The notes beneath the pieces were generated by a model. That model searched no databases, had not been told where the DNA came from, and worked only from the letters and a program-made list of their open reading frames with translations. The position numbers were made by a program, and so were the translations under genes. From Candidatus Shapirobacteria bacterium (lineage in GTDB: Bacteria > Patescibacteriota > Microgenomatia > UM-FILTER-40-11), in the NCBI GenBank assembly GCA_020059745.1, contig JAGVBK010000004.1, positions 242,511-306,510 of the forward strand: DNA of 64,000 bases, written 5' to 3'. Positions 38,322-47,177 of the stretch are shown here, one piece after another (positions within the stretch are counted from its first letter, which is position 1; each line of letters opens with the position of its first letter).

Positions 38322-40577
38322 TTAGCTTCTAAAGCGTAGTTTAATATAATCCTGTGCTTGTGAGCCTTGCAGTTCAGAGGTAGAGTTACCAGCACGGACA
38401 TAGAAGCGCTGACTTTGACCGTCCTTAACGTAGATAGGTACTCTAGATGGCAAGCAATCTATAGCCAGCATACGCTTGCCCTCATGGTCTTCAAATCTTG
38501 GGTGGAGGTATACCGTCCAATGTGAGCCTATCCTGTCATTAAGCAGATTTACTAAATGTAAATGTAATTTATCATCGTTTTCAAAGCCGTCTACACTTAA
38601 ACCTAATGCTTCTTTATCGTCTGAAACACCGATTAGAAGCGTCCCACCTTTACTATTTAGAAAACCAGCAATAGTTTTTAGTACGCTTAGTTCTATTCTT
38701 GGGTCTGGTTGTCCAGTATGCAAATTGGTTCTTAGAGTGGACTTAAACTCAACTGCACCCGTCTCACCTTGCGCAATAATATCAGCGATTGATAAATGAG
38801 ATATTTCATCTTCTTGTTTTAGGTCTGATTTTAGCTTGTGGTATGCGTCTGCAATTATCTGTGAAATACGCTCTCTTCTTCTCATTAAAAACTCTCTGTA
38901 CTCCATTTCTTCCCAATTATCTGGGAGACCGTGCCAGTAATACATCTTTTTAATTTCTTGAGGTGAAAAGCGAGATACTATTTGTGGTACATACTCCTTA
39001 GGGTCTGTATCAGAAATTGCGGAGTTATCATTCCATTCCACAATTGCATAGTTAGCAATTTGGTTAGTGTCTCTAAGGTCTATTATGCCTTGGGTTTTTA
39101 GATATGCTTTGGGGTACAGATGATGTCTCTCCAGAGCCGAGCGAGTGGACTTAATGGAAGCGTCTATTAAATCTGCAACTTTTTGCTTTGAAAATAATGC
39201 GTCTGCCTCTAGTAACACCAACGAAGCATAAAAGGCAAAAAGAGACGGGCTACGTGGTGAGGATGTAGCAAGGCTATTTGGTAAATTGATAGACCAATAG
39301 TCATCCGTAAATACTTCCGCACAAATACGCTCTAACTCACCTATAAACTCGTCTGCCTCTATTACATTTCTAAACCGTGCTAAATCAAACTCCATAGCGC
39401 TCTCTGGAGAGCCTGTAAATCGTCCTGTTAAGCTGGACATAAAGAACCAACGGGCGATTACTTGCCTTAACTTAAACTCTTCTACCTTGTACTCTGTACG
39501 CCCGATAAGGTAGAGAGTATAGGCAAACATTAAATTAGTCTGAGAACTTATGTAGTCACTATTACGGTAGCCAGATAGTGCTATAGCTTTGAGGAAATCG
39601 TGCCAGTAGGTAAGGTTTAATACACGGGATTGGGCATTCTTTAGTATTTCAAATTGGTCAATTCTTCTTTGCTCACTAAACTCACCCGTCTCCAAGTCCT
39701 TACCTCTTAAGATTGAATAGACGTAGTGCAATCTTGCTCTCTTAAAGCCTAAGCCAACACTTACTCTTAGCAATTGGTCTGGGTCTGGTTGAGAAACTAA
39801 ATTATAAGGGGATGGCTGACCAGTTGAGGGAGTTTTTGCCATACGGCAAAAGTCCTCTAGCATAGTCCTACCCTCATCCCAGAATACGGACATTAAAGTA
39901 AGAATAAAATCTGACTGATTAAGTGGTTTACCCTCACTATTTATACGGACAAATATCTCTGCCACTTGCTCCTCTGTAATAGCAGACGATAATTCCAATG
40001 CCGTAAAAGGGAAATTAAGTAGGTTAGATAGTCGTGTAATTGACTGTCGTATTTTCTTTACATCTTCTGGCGTAAGGTTAGCAACCTCCTGATTATTCTG
40101 GATATACGTATCTACAAGTTCAAAAATATCTGTAGATTTATTCCAGAGCATGGAGATATTGGGGATATAAGACCTATCTTTTTTAATGGCGGCGTCCGAA
40201 ACTGCAAAGCGTTCCGTGATAGGATTAAATGATATTTCTATCTTTTCCTTTTGGTAATTTTCTCTCACCACCTCTACACCTTGGATAACGGCAAAGAGTG
40301 ATGTAAGTCTTTGTTGACCATCTACAATAAGTAATCTTGCAGGTTTTTGCTTGGTGTCTGCTCCAATTTGTCTTGCTTCCTCAACAAAAGCATTTTGCCA
40401 AAATAGTAAGTAGCCAATGGGGTAACCCCGATACATACTGTCAAAGAGGTCTCTAACTTTGGTATCTTTCCAGACAAAAGGTCGCTGTATGTCTGGCAAG
40501 CCTATTTCGCCCATCTCAATATAGTTGACGAGCGTACCCAAGTCGTAGCGTACTTCTTTGAATAATCTATCTGCCAT
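38322..40577 (-). CDS. GmrSD-like (DUF262 + HNH/DUF1524) endonuclease fused to a C-terminal Schlafen/AlbA_2 domain
   Basis: LPDIQRPFVW, VDGQQRLTSL, FVRINSEG; ERHHLYPK...IANY...N; EFKSTLR...AGFLNSKGGTLLIGVSD...YVRAG. Confidence 0.85.
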   Translation of the reverse strand: MADRLFKEVRYDLGTLVNYIEMGEIGLPDIQRPFVWKDTKVRDLFDSMYRGYPIGYLLFWQNAFVEEARQIGADTKQKPARLLIVDGQQRLTSLFAVIQGVEVVRENYQKEKIEISFNPITERFAVSDAAIKKDRSYIPNISMLWNKSTDIFELVDTYIQNNQEVANLTPEDVKKIRQSITRLSNLLNFPFTALELSSAITEEQVAEIFVRINSEGKPLNQSDFILTLMSVFWDEGRTMLEDFCRMAKTPSTGQPSPYNLVSQPDPDQLLRVSVGLGFKRARLHYVYSILRGKDLETGEFSEQRRIDQFEILKNAQSRVLNLTYWHDFLKAIALSGYRNSDYISSQTNLMFAYTLYLIGRTEYKVEEFKLRQVIARWFFMSSLTGRFTGSPESAMEFDLARFRNVIEADEFIGELERICAEVFTDDYWSINLPNSLATSSPRSPSLFAFYASLVLLEADALFSKQKVADLIDASIKSTRSALERHHLYPKAYLKTQGIIDLRDTNQIANYAIVEWNDNSAISDTDPKEYVPQIVSRFSPQEIKKMYYWHGLPDNWEEMEYREFLMRRRERISQIIADAYHKLKSDLKQEDEISHLSIADIIAQGETGAVEFKSTLRTNLHTGQPDPRIELSVLKTIAGFLNSKGGTLLIGVSDDKEALGLSVDGFENDDKLHLHLVNLLNDRIGSHWTVYLHPRFEDHEGKRMLAIDCLPSRVPIYVKDGQSQRFYVRAGNSTSELQGSQAQDYIKLRFRS

Positions 40578-40850
40578 ATTTATCTTTATAACTATAGTCC
40601 AAAGTCTTTAACACTTGTATTTAATCGGTTGATTTTTTGTAACAAATGCTAAATAATGATAAATAGATTATATGGCAAAAGATGACCTTTTTTCAATAGA
40701 AGAAGTAGCTAAAACGCTTAAAGTCTCATACATAACCGTTTACAGGTGGATTAGGGCTAACAAACTGCCGTCTGTTAAGGCGGGTAAGCAATATAGAATA
40801 AAAAAAGTAGACCTAGACGCTTTTCTAAAAGTTAAATAAAGATAAATATG
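40575..40850. repeat. perfect 15-bp inverted repeat bracketing the divergent promoter/HTH segment
   Basis: CATATTTATCTTTAT (40575-40589) and ATAAAGATAAATATG (40836-40850). Confidence 0.8.
40672..40839 (+). CDS. excisionase-family (HTH_17/MerR-like) DNA-binding protein, 55 aa (not in ORF track)
   Basis: Translated by hand: MAKDDLFSIEEVAKTLKVSYITVYRWIRANKLPSVKAGKQYRIKKVDLDAFLKVK. Confidence 0.88.
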   Translation: MAKDDLFSIEEVAKTLKVSYITVYRWIRANKLPSVKAGKQYRIKKVDLDAFLKVK

Positions 40851-42698
40851 AGCGACCAAAACAACAAAATTAACAAAAAAGTTGAAATTGACTTGAGTGA
40901 GCTACTTAAAAAGGATGCTCCCTATCTTGTAGAAGATGGCAAGGTAAACATAGAAAAATTAAAAAGCTTACTAACTGGCAAAACTACCGAAAAAGAAGAC
41001 GATAGATTTTATTTTAACTGGGCTGGCAAGGATAAAGTTTTCCAAGCAATCCAAGCACCCGCATTCTCAACTCTAGCGCCTCAAAAGGACAAATCTATTG
41101 GTTGGGACGAGACCGAGAACTTAATGATAGTAGGTGAAAATCTAGAGACCTTAAAACTCCTCCTAAAACCCTACTTTGGCAAAGTTAAAATCATTTATAT
41201 TGACCCACCCTACAACACAGGTAAAGACTTTATCTACAAAGACGACTTTTCCGCACCTCTTAAAGACTACCTAGAGCGTACGGGACAAAAAGGAACCGCT
41301 GGAGAAAGACTAACGACTAATTCAGAAACTAACGGGCGCTACCATTCCGACTGGCTTAATTTCATGTACCCTCGTTTATTTATGGCTAGAAATCTACTAC
41401 GTGAAGATGGACTAATTTTTGTTTCAATTGACGAAAATGAACATCAACATTTAAGAATGCTTATGGATGAGGTTTTTGGCGAAGATAATTTTATTGCAGA
41501 ATTAGTCTGGCAAAAGAAAAAAGGCGGAAGTAATGACGCAAAATACATAGCTTTAGAACATGAGTATGTAATTTTTTATGCAAAAACCAAAACTACATTA
41601 GAAAAATTATTTATACCCCACACTGAAGAATATCTAGAGAGGTACAACCAAGAGGATAAAATAGGGCGTTTTTATTGGGATACATTCAAAAGAAAAAGTG
41701 GAAAGCAGTATTACGCAATAAAAGCACCAGATAATACCAAAATAGAGTTTGATGAAAACAATAACCGTATAAGTTGGTTAAGGTCAGAAAAAAGATTTTT
41801 AGACGACTTAGAAAAGGGTGAGGTTAAGTTTGAAAAAAATGGTGACGGATGGTCTGTGTTATTCAAACAACGGGAGCCAAAGGGTAAAAAACCGAGAAGT
41901 TTAATGACCGACGTAGGAACAACAAGTGCTGGAAGTGATGAGTTGCTGGATATTTTTAAGAAAAACATATTTGATAATCCCAAACCCTCTACACTAATCA
42001 AGCATATTCTAAGCATTTCACAGGATAAAGACGCTGTTGTGTTAGATTTTTTTGCAGGCTCTGGAACTACAGCAAAAGCTGTATATGAACTTAATAAGGA
42101 TGATGAGGGTTTTAGAAAATACATCTTAGTCCAAATCCAAGAGCCAGTAGACATCAGCAAAGAAACTGGCAAAAACGCAAAGGAATTAGGTTTTAATTCT
42201 GTAGATGAAATTTGTGTTGAAAGAATAAAACGAGAAAATGAAAAGCTAAAGGGAAGTAAAGGAGATATTGGGTTTAAGGTGTTTAAGCTATCTCACTCAA
42301 ACTTTAACCTAAAGGAAGAGTTTGAACTAACCGAGAATAAAGACTTGGGAGAGTTAAAAAGTAACTACCTAAAAGAGTTAGGACTTTATGTAGACCAGCC
42401 CACCGTAGCTACAGCAAATACTTTGGATATCGTCTACGAGATAATCTTAAAAAATGGCTTTTCTCTTAACTCCAAAATTGAAGAATTAAAACTAGGGTCT
42501 AATAGTTTCTATAAGGTAAACGACGCCGAAAACGAGCTGGAGATATACATATCTTTAGACGCAAAAATTGAGGATGGGTCTGTAGAGGCTATACGCACCA
42601 CAGAGTACAAAGGCAAGACGTTTGCATTTTATGACAACGCCCTCACCGATAGCCAAAAGATAAACCTCAATACTTTTGTGAAATTGCAGGTAATTTAA
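40848..42698 (+). CDS. mod: type III R-M methyltransferase (Mod)
   Basis: IYIDPPYNTG then VLDFFAGSGTT (beta class); upstream of Res. Confidence 0.93.
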   Translation: MSDQNNKINKKVEIDLSELLKKDAPYLVEDGKVNIEKLKSLLTGKTTEKEDDRFYFNWAGKDKVFQAIQAPAFSTLAPQKDKSIGWDETENLMIVGENLETLKLLLKPYFGKVKIIYIDPPYNTGKDFIYKDDFSAPLKDYLERTGQKGTAGERLTTNSETNGRYHSDWLNFMYPRLFMARNLLREDGLIFVSIDENEHQHLRMLMDEVFGEDNFIAELVWQKKKGGSNDAKYIALEHEYVIFYAKTKTTLEKLFIPHTEEYLERYNQEDKIGRFYWDTFKRKSGKQYYAIKAPDNTKIEFDENNNRISWLRSEKRFLDDLEKGEVKFEKNGDGWSVLFKQREPKGKKPRSLMTDVGTTSAGSDELLDIFKKNIFDNPKPSTLIKHILSISQDKDAVVLDFFAGSGTTAKAVYELNKDDEGFRKYILVQIQEPVDISKETGKNAKELGFNSVDEICVERIKRENEKLKGSKGDIGFKVFKLSHSNFNLKEEFELTENKDLGELKSNYLKELGLYVDQPTVATANTLDIVYEIILKNGFSLNSKIEELKLGSNSFYKVNDAENELEIYISLDAKIEDGSVEAIRTTEYKGKTFAFYDNALTDSQKINLNTFVKLQVI

Positions 42699-42701
42699 CC
42701 T

Positions 42702-45308
42702 ATGCTAAAGCTCAAGTTTAACCCCAACCTAGACTATCAACAGGACGCTATAAAAGCTGTAACTGATATTTTTGAGGGACAGGTAAAGGTAGAGAAAAAG
42801 CATATTTTCCAAGTCATACCGAACAAACTTACCTTAGAAAAAGACACACTCCTTACAAACCTCCAGACGGTACAGGAAAACAACCATCTAGCCAAAAGCC
42901 CAGACTTTTCTGTACCCCTTAACGTAACTCTAGAGATGGAAACGGGTACAGGCAAAACCTATGTGTATCTACGCACTATCTTAGAACTTTACCAGAAGTA
43001 CGGGCTATCCAAGTTTATTATCGTCGTCCCTACGGTAGCAATTAAAGAGGGTATTATGAAGTCCCTAGCTATCACCAAAGACCATTTTAAGGGTCTCTAT
43101 AACAACTTATCCTACGAATACTACGAGTATGTATCTACTAAGCTCATGACCGTCCGTATGTTTGCGCAGTCCTCTCACTTGCAAATTATGGTCATCACAA
43201 AAGACGCTTTTAATAAAGATAAAAATATCATCCATAACAACCATGACCGTATGGGCGATAAACCAATTTCGCTTATCCAAAAGACTAACCCTATCGTTAT
43301 TCTAGACGAACCGCAAAAGATGGGCGGAGAGGCTACTCAATGGGGCATAAAAGAGCTTAACCCCTTAATCGTACTTAGATACTCTGCAACCCATAGGGAT
43401 ATTGAAAATCTAGTCTACAAACTTACTCCTTTTGACGCCTACGCAAAAGGTTTAGTAAAAAAGATTGAGTTAGCAACCGTCGTAGAGGAAAGCGACCCAA
43501 ACACTAAAAAAATTATCCTAGAAAACATCTACTCCTCTGGAAGTAGCCTAAAGGCAAAGTTAAAGGTTTTCATAAAGCAAGCGACGTCTGTACAACTAAA
43601 AACCATTACCGTAGGCTCTGGTGATAACTTGGCTACTAAGTCAAAAAATCCCTACTATGATGGGTTTACCGTTTCTGAAATTAACCTAGGCAATAACTAT
43701 ATCCTCTTCTCAAACGGATTAAAGGTACACGTAGGACAATCGTCCGTAAATGAGGATGAGATTGTACGAATGATGGTACGAGAGATAGTCTTAGAACACT
43801 TGGAAAAAAAGCGCAAGTTTAACCCTCTGGGAATTAAGACCCTTTCTCTCTTCTTTATCCACCGTGTAGACGATTATTTACCCGCCGACGGCTGGCTACG
43901 GAAAATGTTTGAGGAAGAGTACCAAAAGGCTACTAGCACCAATTACCAAGAGTTTAAGACCGCCAGACCAGATAAGGTACATTCTGGGTACTTTTCCGAG
44001 ATGAAAAAAACCTCATCTATAGAAAATGACGAAAAAGCATATGAGCTGATTATGAAAGATAAGGAAAAACTACTCTCCTTAGATAACCCCGTGGAGTTTA
44101 TCTTTTCCCATTCTGCCTTACGTGAGGGCTGGGACAACCCAAATATCTTTAATATCTGCACCCTTGCCTACTCAACCTCTGATATTAAAAAAAGGCAGGA
44201 AATTGGACGTGGGCTACGTTTGGTTGTAAACCAGCAGGGAGACCGCATTTACGACCGAGATATAAACGTACTTACCGTAGTTACCAACGAAAGCTACCAG
44301 AATTATGTATCTGAATTGCAGACCGAGTTTAGGGATGAAGCAGGAGAAAGCGCCCCACCTGTAGAGCATAAGAAAAAACGAGTTAGCCTAACCCTAAAAG
44401 ATGACGCATTAGCTAACAAGAGCTTCCAAAGCCTTTGGAAGCTACTAGCAAAAAGGGCTAAGTTTGTTGTCTCTATGCAAGAAGAGGAAATAATCAGTAA
44501 GTGTGTAGATGAAATTAACAAAATTGACGAAAGTAATATCCGAGAGATACGGGTACACATTACTAAAACAGGTATAGACACGCTTCTCTTGGATGACATT
44601 AGGGGTAATATCGTAAGCGACCGAAGCTACGAAATCGGAGCCACCAAGCAACTACCTAACATTATTGCCCTCCTCCAAGCTGATACTAAGCTCACAAAGA
44701 AAACCCTACTAGCCATACTGCAAAAGGTAAATAATTTTGACCTGTTTTTCAAAAACTCCTACCAGTATGCAAGCCTCGTTTCCTACGCCATTAAAACCGT
44801 CATATCAGACCTAGCCTCTAAAGGTATTAGCTACGTAGAGATTAGCGACGATTACGGGCTATCGCTTTTTAATAAGGAAGTCCAGACCTACGAAAAATAC
44901 CTAGTAAAGCTAGAGAGTGCCAAAACGCTCTACAAAACAACCAACAACGGACAAAAGGACGCCGTGATAATTGACCCCAGTCCGTCTTTAGAGGGCGTAT
45001 CACAACCAGAAAAAAGGTTTGCCGAGAACGCAGACCGTAACGATACCGTTAAGTTTTTCTTTAAGCTCCCAGATACTTACTCTATAGCTACCCCAGCAGG
45101 GCAATATACGCCAGATTGGGCGGTAGTAGTGGAAAATGGCGACCATAACCAAGTCTATTTTGTAGCTGAAACCAAGGATACTAATAACATTAGTAGTCTC
45201 CGTCAAGAAGAGCAAATAAAAATACTCTCTGCACGGGCTATGTTTAAGGAAATCATGCCAGAGGTCGTTTTCAAAGCTCCCGTAAGCGAGTTTAGCGACC
45301 TTTCATGA
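42702..45308 (+). CDS. res: type III restriction endonuclease (Res)
   Basis: METGTGKTY, DEPQ, YSAT, QEIGRGLR, C-terminal YTPDW...VAETK. Confidence 0.93.
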   Translation: MLKLKFNPNLDYQQDAIKAVTDIFEGQVKVEKKHIFQVIPNKLTLEKDTLLTNLQTVQENNHLAKSPDFSVPLNVTLEMETGTGKTYVYLRTILELYQKYGLSKFIIVVPTVAIKEGIMKSLAITKDHFKGLYNNLSYEYYEYVSTKLMTVRMFAQSSHLQIMVITKDAFNKDKNIIHNNHDRMGDKPISLIQKTNPIVILDEPQKMGGEATQWGIKELNPLIVLRYSATHRDIENLVYKLTPFDAYAKGLVKKIELATVVEESDPNTKKIILENIYSSGSSLKAKLKVFIKQATSVQLKTITVGSGDNLATKSKNPYYDGFTVSEINLGNNYILFSNGLKVHVGQSSVNEDEIVRMMVREIVLEHLEKKRKFNPLGIKTLSLFFIHRVDDYLPADGWLRKMFEEEYQKATSTNYQEFKTARPDKVHSGYFSEMKKTSSIENDEKAYELIMKDKEKLLSLDNPVEFIFSHSALREGWDNPNIFNICTLAYSTSDIKKRQEIGRGLRLVVNQQGDRIYDRDINVLTVVTNESYQNYVSELQTEFRDEAGESAPPVEHKKKRVSLTLKDDALANKSFQSLWKLLAKRAKFVVSMQEEEIISKCVDEINKIDESNIREIRVHITKTGIDTLLLDDIRGNIVSDRSYEIGATKQLPNIIALLQADTKLTKKTLLAILQKVNNFDLFFKNSYQYASLVSYAIKTVISDLASKGISYVEISDDYGLSLFNKEVQTYEKYLVKLESAKTLYKTTNNGQKDAVIIDPSPSLEGVSQPEKRFAENADRNDTVKFFFKLPDTYSIATPAGQYTPDWAVVVENGDHNQVYFVAETKDTNNISSLRQEEQIKILSARAMFKEIMPEVVFKAPVSEFSDLS

Positions 45309-45469
45309 TTAGTCAAAAAAGTGTAGACGAGTTAAAGAAGATATTTAAGGAGGAGTACAAATCCGACTTAACAGACGAGGAAGCCAAGGAAACGGGTCAA
45401 AAGTTGGTGGACTACTTTAGTCTTTTAATAGAGATTGATAAAAAGGCTAAAATTGTTAGGAAAAAATGA
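45305..45469 (+). CDS. small helical protein (54 aa) upstream of the recombinase; candidate RDF (not in ORF track)
   Basis: Translated by hand: MISQKSVDELKKIFKEEYKSDLTDEEAKETGQKLVDYFSLLIEIDKKAKIVRKK; ATGA overlap with res. Confidence 0.75.
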   Translation: MISQKSVDELKKIFKEEYKSDLTDEEAKETGQKLVDYFSLLIEIDKKAKIVRKK

Positions 45470-45478
45470 AATATAAAT

Positions 45479-47035
45479 ATGTATGAAGATACAGAAGAAA
45501 TTGACATTACTAAACTCAAATACGTGCTGTATGCCCGCAAGTCCACGGATGACAGCTCCCGCCAGTTAAGGTCTATTGACGACCAAATAGCCGAATGTTT
45601 AGCACTTGCAAGGAGGCTAAATCTTAATGTTTCTCAACCCATAATAGAAACCAAATCTGCTAAAAGACCTAATCAACGCCCCTTATTTAGACAAATCCTA
45701 AGTGATATTAGAAAAGGCGTCTATGATGGTATCTTGGCGTGGAACCCAGACCGCCTTGCACGAAATATGAAAGAAGGTGGAGAAATCATAGACATGATAG
45801 ATGAAGGGTATATAAAAGACCTCAAGTTTGTCACCCACCATTTCACAAGCGACGCTAACGGAAAAATGTTACTTGGTATGGCTTTTGTGTTATCAAAACA
45901 ATACTCTGACGACCTTTCCCAAAAAGTTACCCGTGGAGTACGCAGGAGTTTTGCAGAGGGTAAGTCCCCAGTCCCTAAACATGGGTATATAAGAGACGAG
46001 AACGGCGTATATGTACCCGACCCAGTTACCTATCCTTTGATTGTTAAAGCATGGGAAATGCGAGCAGAGGGAACGAGCATAGAAGAAATTGTTAAATACT
46101 TAAATGACAACAGCTATAGACGTATTGTCAAAAAATCAGGTCGTAAAGTCAAAATGACGAAACAAATCCTTAGCGACCTGTTTAACGACCCTTTTTACTA
46201 TGGTGTCCTAATGCAAGCAGGAGGAGAAGCAGACTTAATAAACCTTAATAACTTCCAACCAGCTATAGATAAGGCTACGTATATTAAAGTACAAAGTCTA
46301 GCTTACCGAAAGATTAAGCCTAATAAGCAACATAAAGTAGCCTTTTATCCTTTAAGAGCTATGGTGGTTTGCTTATATTGTGGTAGAAATATGTACGTAG
46401 CACCCTCCACAGGACACACAGGGCAAAGATACCTAAATTACAGGTGTGATAACGATGGTTGTACAAGACCTAAGAAATCCATACGAGCTAAGGTGATTTT
46501 TGATTTTATTTATCAATACCTAGAAGACGGTCTTAATTTTACGGAAGAAGATTACAACCTCTACTACAAAGACCTAGAAAAAATTACAGAAGAAAAGCGT
46601 GAGCAAATTAGAATGAAAATACATTCAAAACGAAGTGTACTACTTAACGCAAGAAGAGACCTTAAAGACCGTGCATTAGCTCTTACCGACTTAAATAACA
46701 AAATTAGCGATACAGTTAGGAAAGTAACAGAGGATAAAATAGCTGAATTGAAAAACCTAGAAATAGACTTAACTGAGGAGATTGCTGAACTAGAGAAGCA
46801 AATTAGAGACCCCGAAGAGGACAGACTGACCCTCCAGCAATTCTTGAACTTGTCAAAAAATGCCTCTGTTATCGTCCAATCTGCCGATGTGGTAGTGAAA
46901 GATGAGATATGCCGACTTATATTCTTGAACTTAACAGTTGATGAGGAGAAAGTGGCGTCATATCAACTAAAAGAACCGTTTGCGACACTCCTAAAACACC
47001 GCCAAATCGTATCTAGTCGGGGAAGCGGGACTTGA
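45479..47035 (+). CDS. large serine recombinase (integrase)
   Basis: YARKS catalytic motif, DRLAR, Zn ribbon CLYCG...YRC...C, coiled coil; stop codon lies inside the antisense tRNA. Confidence 0.95.
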   Translation: MYEDTEEIDITKLKYVLYARKSTDDSSRQLRSIDDQIAECLALARRLNLNVSQPIIETKSAKRPNQRPLFRQILSDIRKGVYDGILAWNPDRLARNMKEGGEIIDMIDEGYIKDLKFVTHHFTSDANGKMLLGMAFVLSKQYSDDLSQKVTRGVRRSFAEGKSPVPKHGYIRDENGVYVPDPVTYPLIVKAWEMRAEGTSIEEIVKYLNDNSYRRIVKKSGRKVKMTKQILSDLFNDPFYYGVLMQAGGEADLINLNNFQPAIDKATYIKVQSLAYRKIKPNKQHKVAFYPLRAMVVCLYCGRNMYVAPSTGHTGQRYLNYRCDNDGCTRPKKSIRAKVIFDFIYQYLEDGLNFTEEDYNLYYKDLEKITEEKREQIRMKIHSKRSVLLNARRDLKDRALALTDLNNKISDTVRKVTEDKIAELKNLEIDLTEEIAELEKQIRDPEEDRLTLQQFLNLSKNASVIVQSADVVVKDEICRLIFLNLTVDEEKVASYQLKEPFATLLKHRQIVSSRGSGT

Positions 47036-47089
47036 ACCCACGACCTCACGCACCCCATGCGTGCGCGCTACCAACTGCGCCATTCCCCG
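47017..47089 (-). tRNA. tRNA-Pro(GGG)
   Basis: Reverse complement folds as a cloverleaf: CGGGGAA/TTCCCCG acceptor stem, CACGC-ATGGGGT-GCGTG anticodon arm, GGTTCAAGTCC T arm; CCA not encoded. Confidence 0.95.
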
Positions 47090-47177
47090 TTTTTTATGTT
47101 TTTTTGGAATTTCTCTCTTGTATTTTACCAGGTTTTGTGCCAGAATGTAAGCAAGTTTGAGCCCAGGAGTTAAAATT

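Larger units (their letters stand above)
35203..47019. mobile_element. integrative defence element with a large serine recombinase, inserted at the 3' end of tRNA-Pro
   Basis: LSR gene runs into the tRNA 3' end; shared GTCG core at 35203-35206 and 47016-47019, each followed by CTTGAAC; abrupt change in codon and tetranucleotide usage; R-M cargo. Confidence 0.85.

Noticed and set aside
46840-46932. ATTCTTGAACTT repeated twice in the recombinase 3' region, similar to the att CTTGAAC motif
   Set aside because: Both copies encode FLNL in frame, so coding constraint is sufficient; accessory binding cannot be supported.
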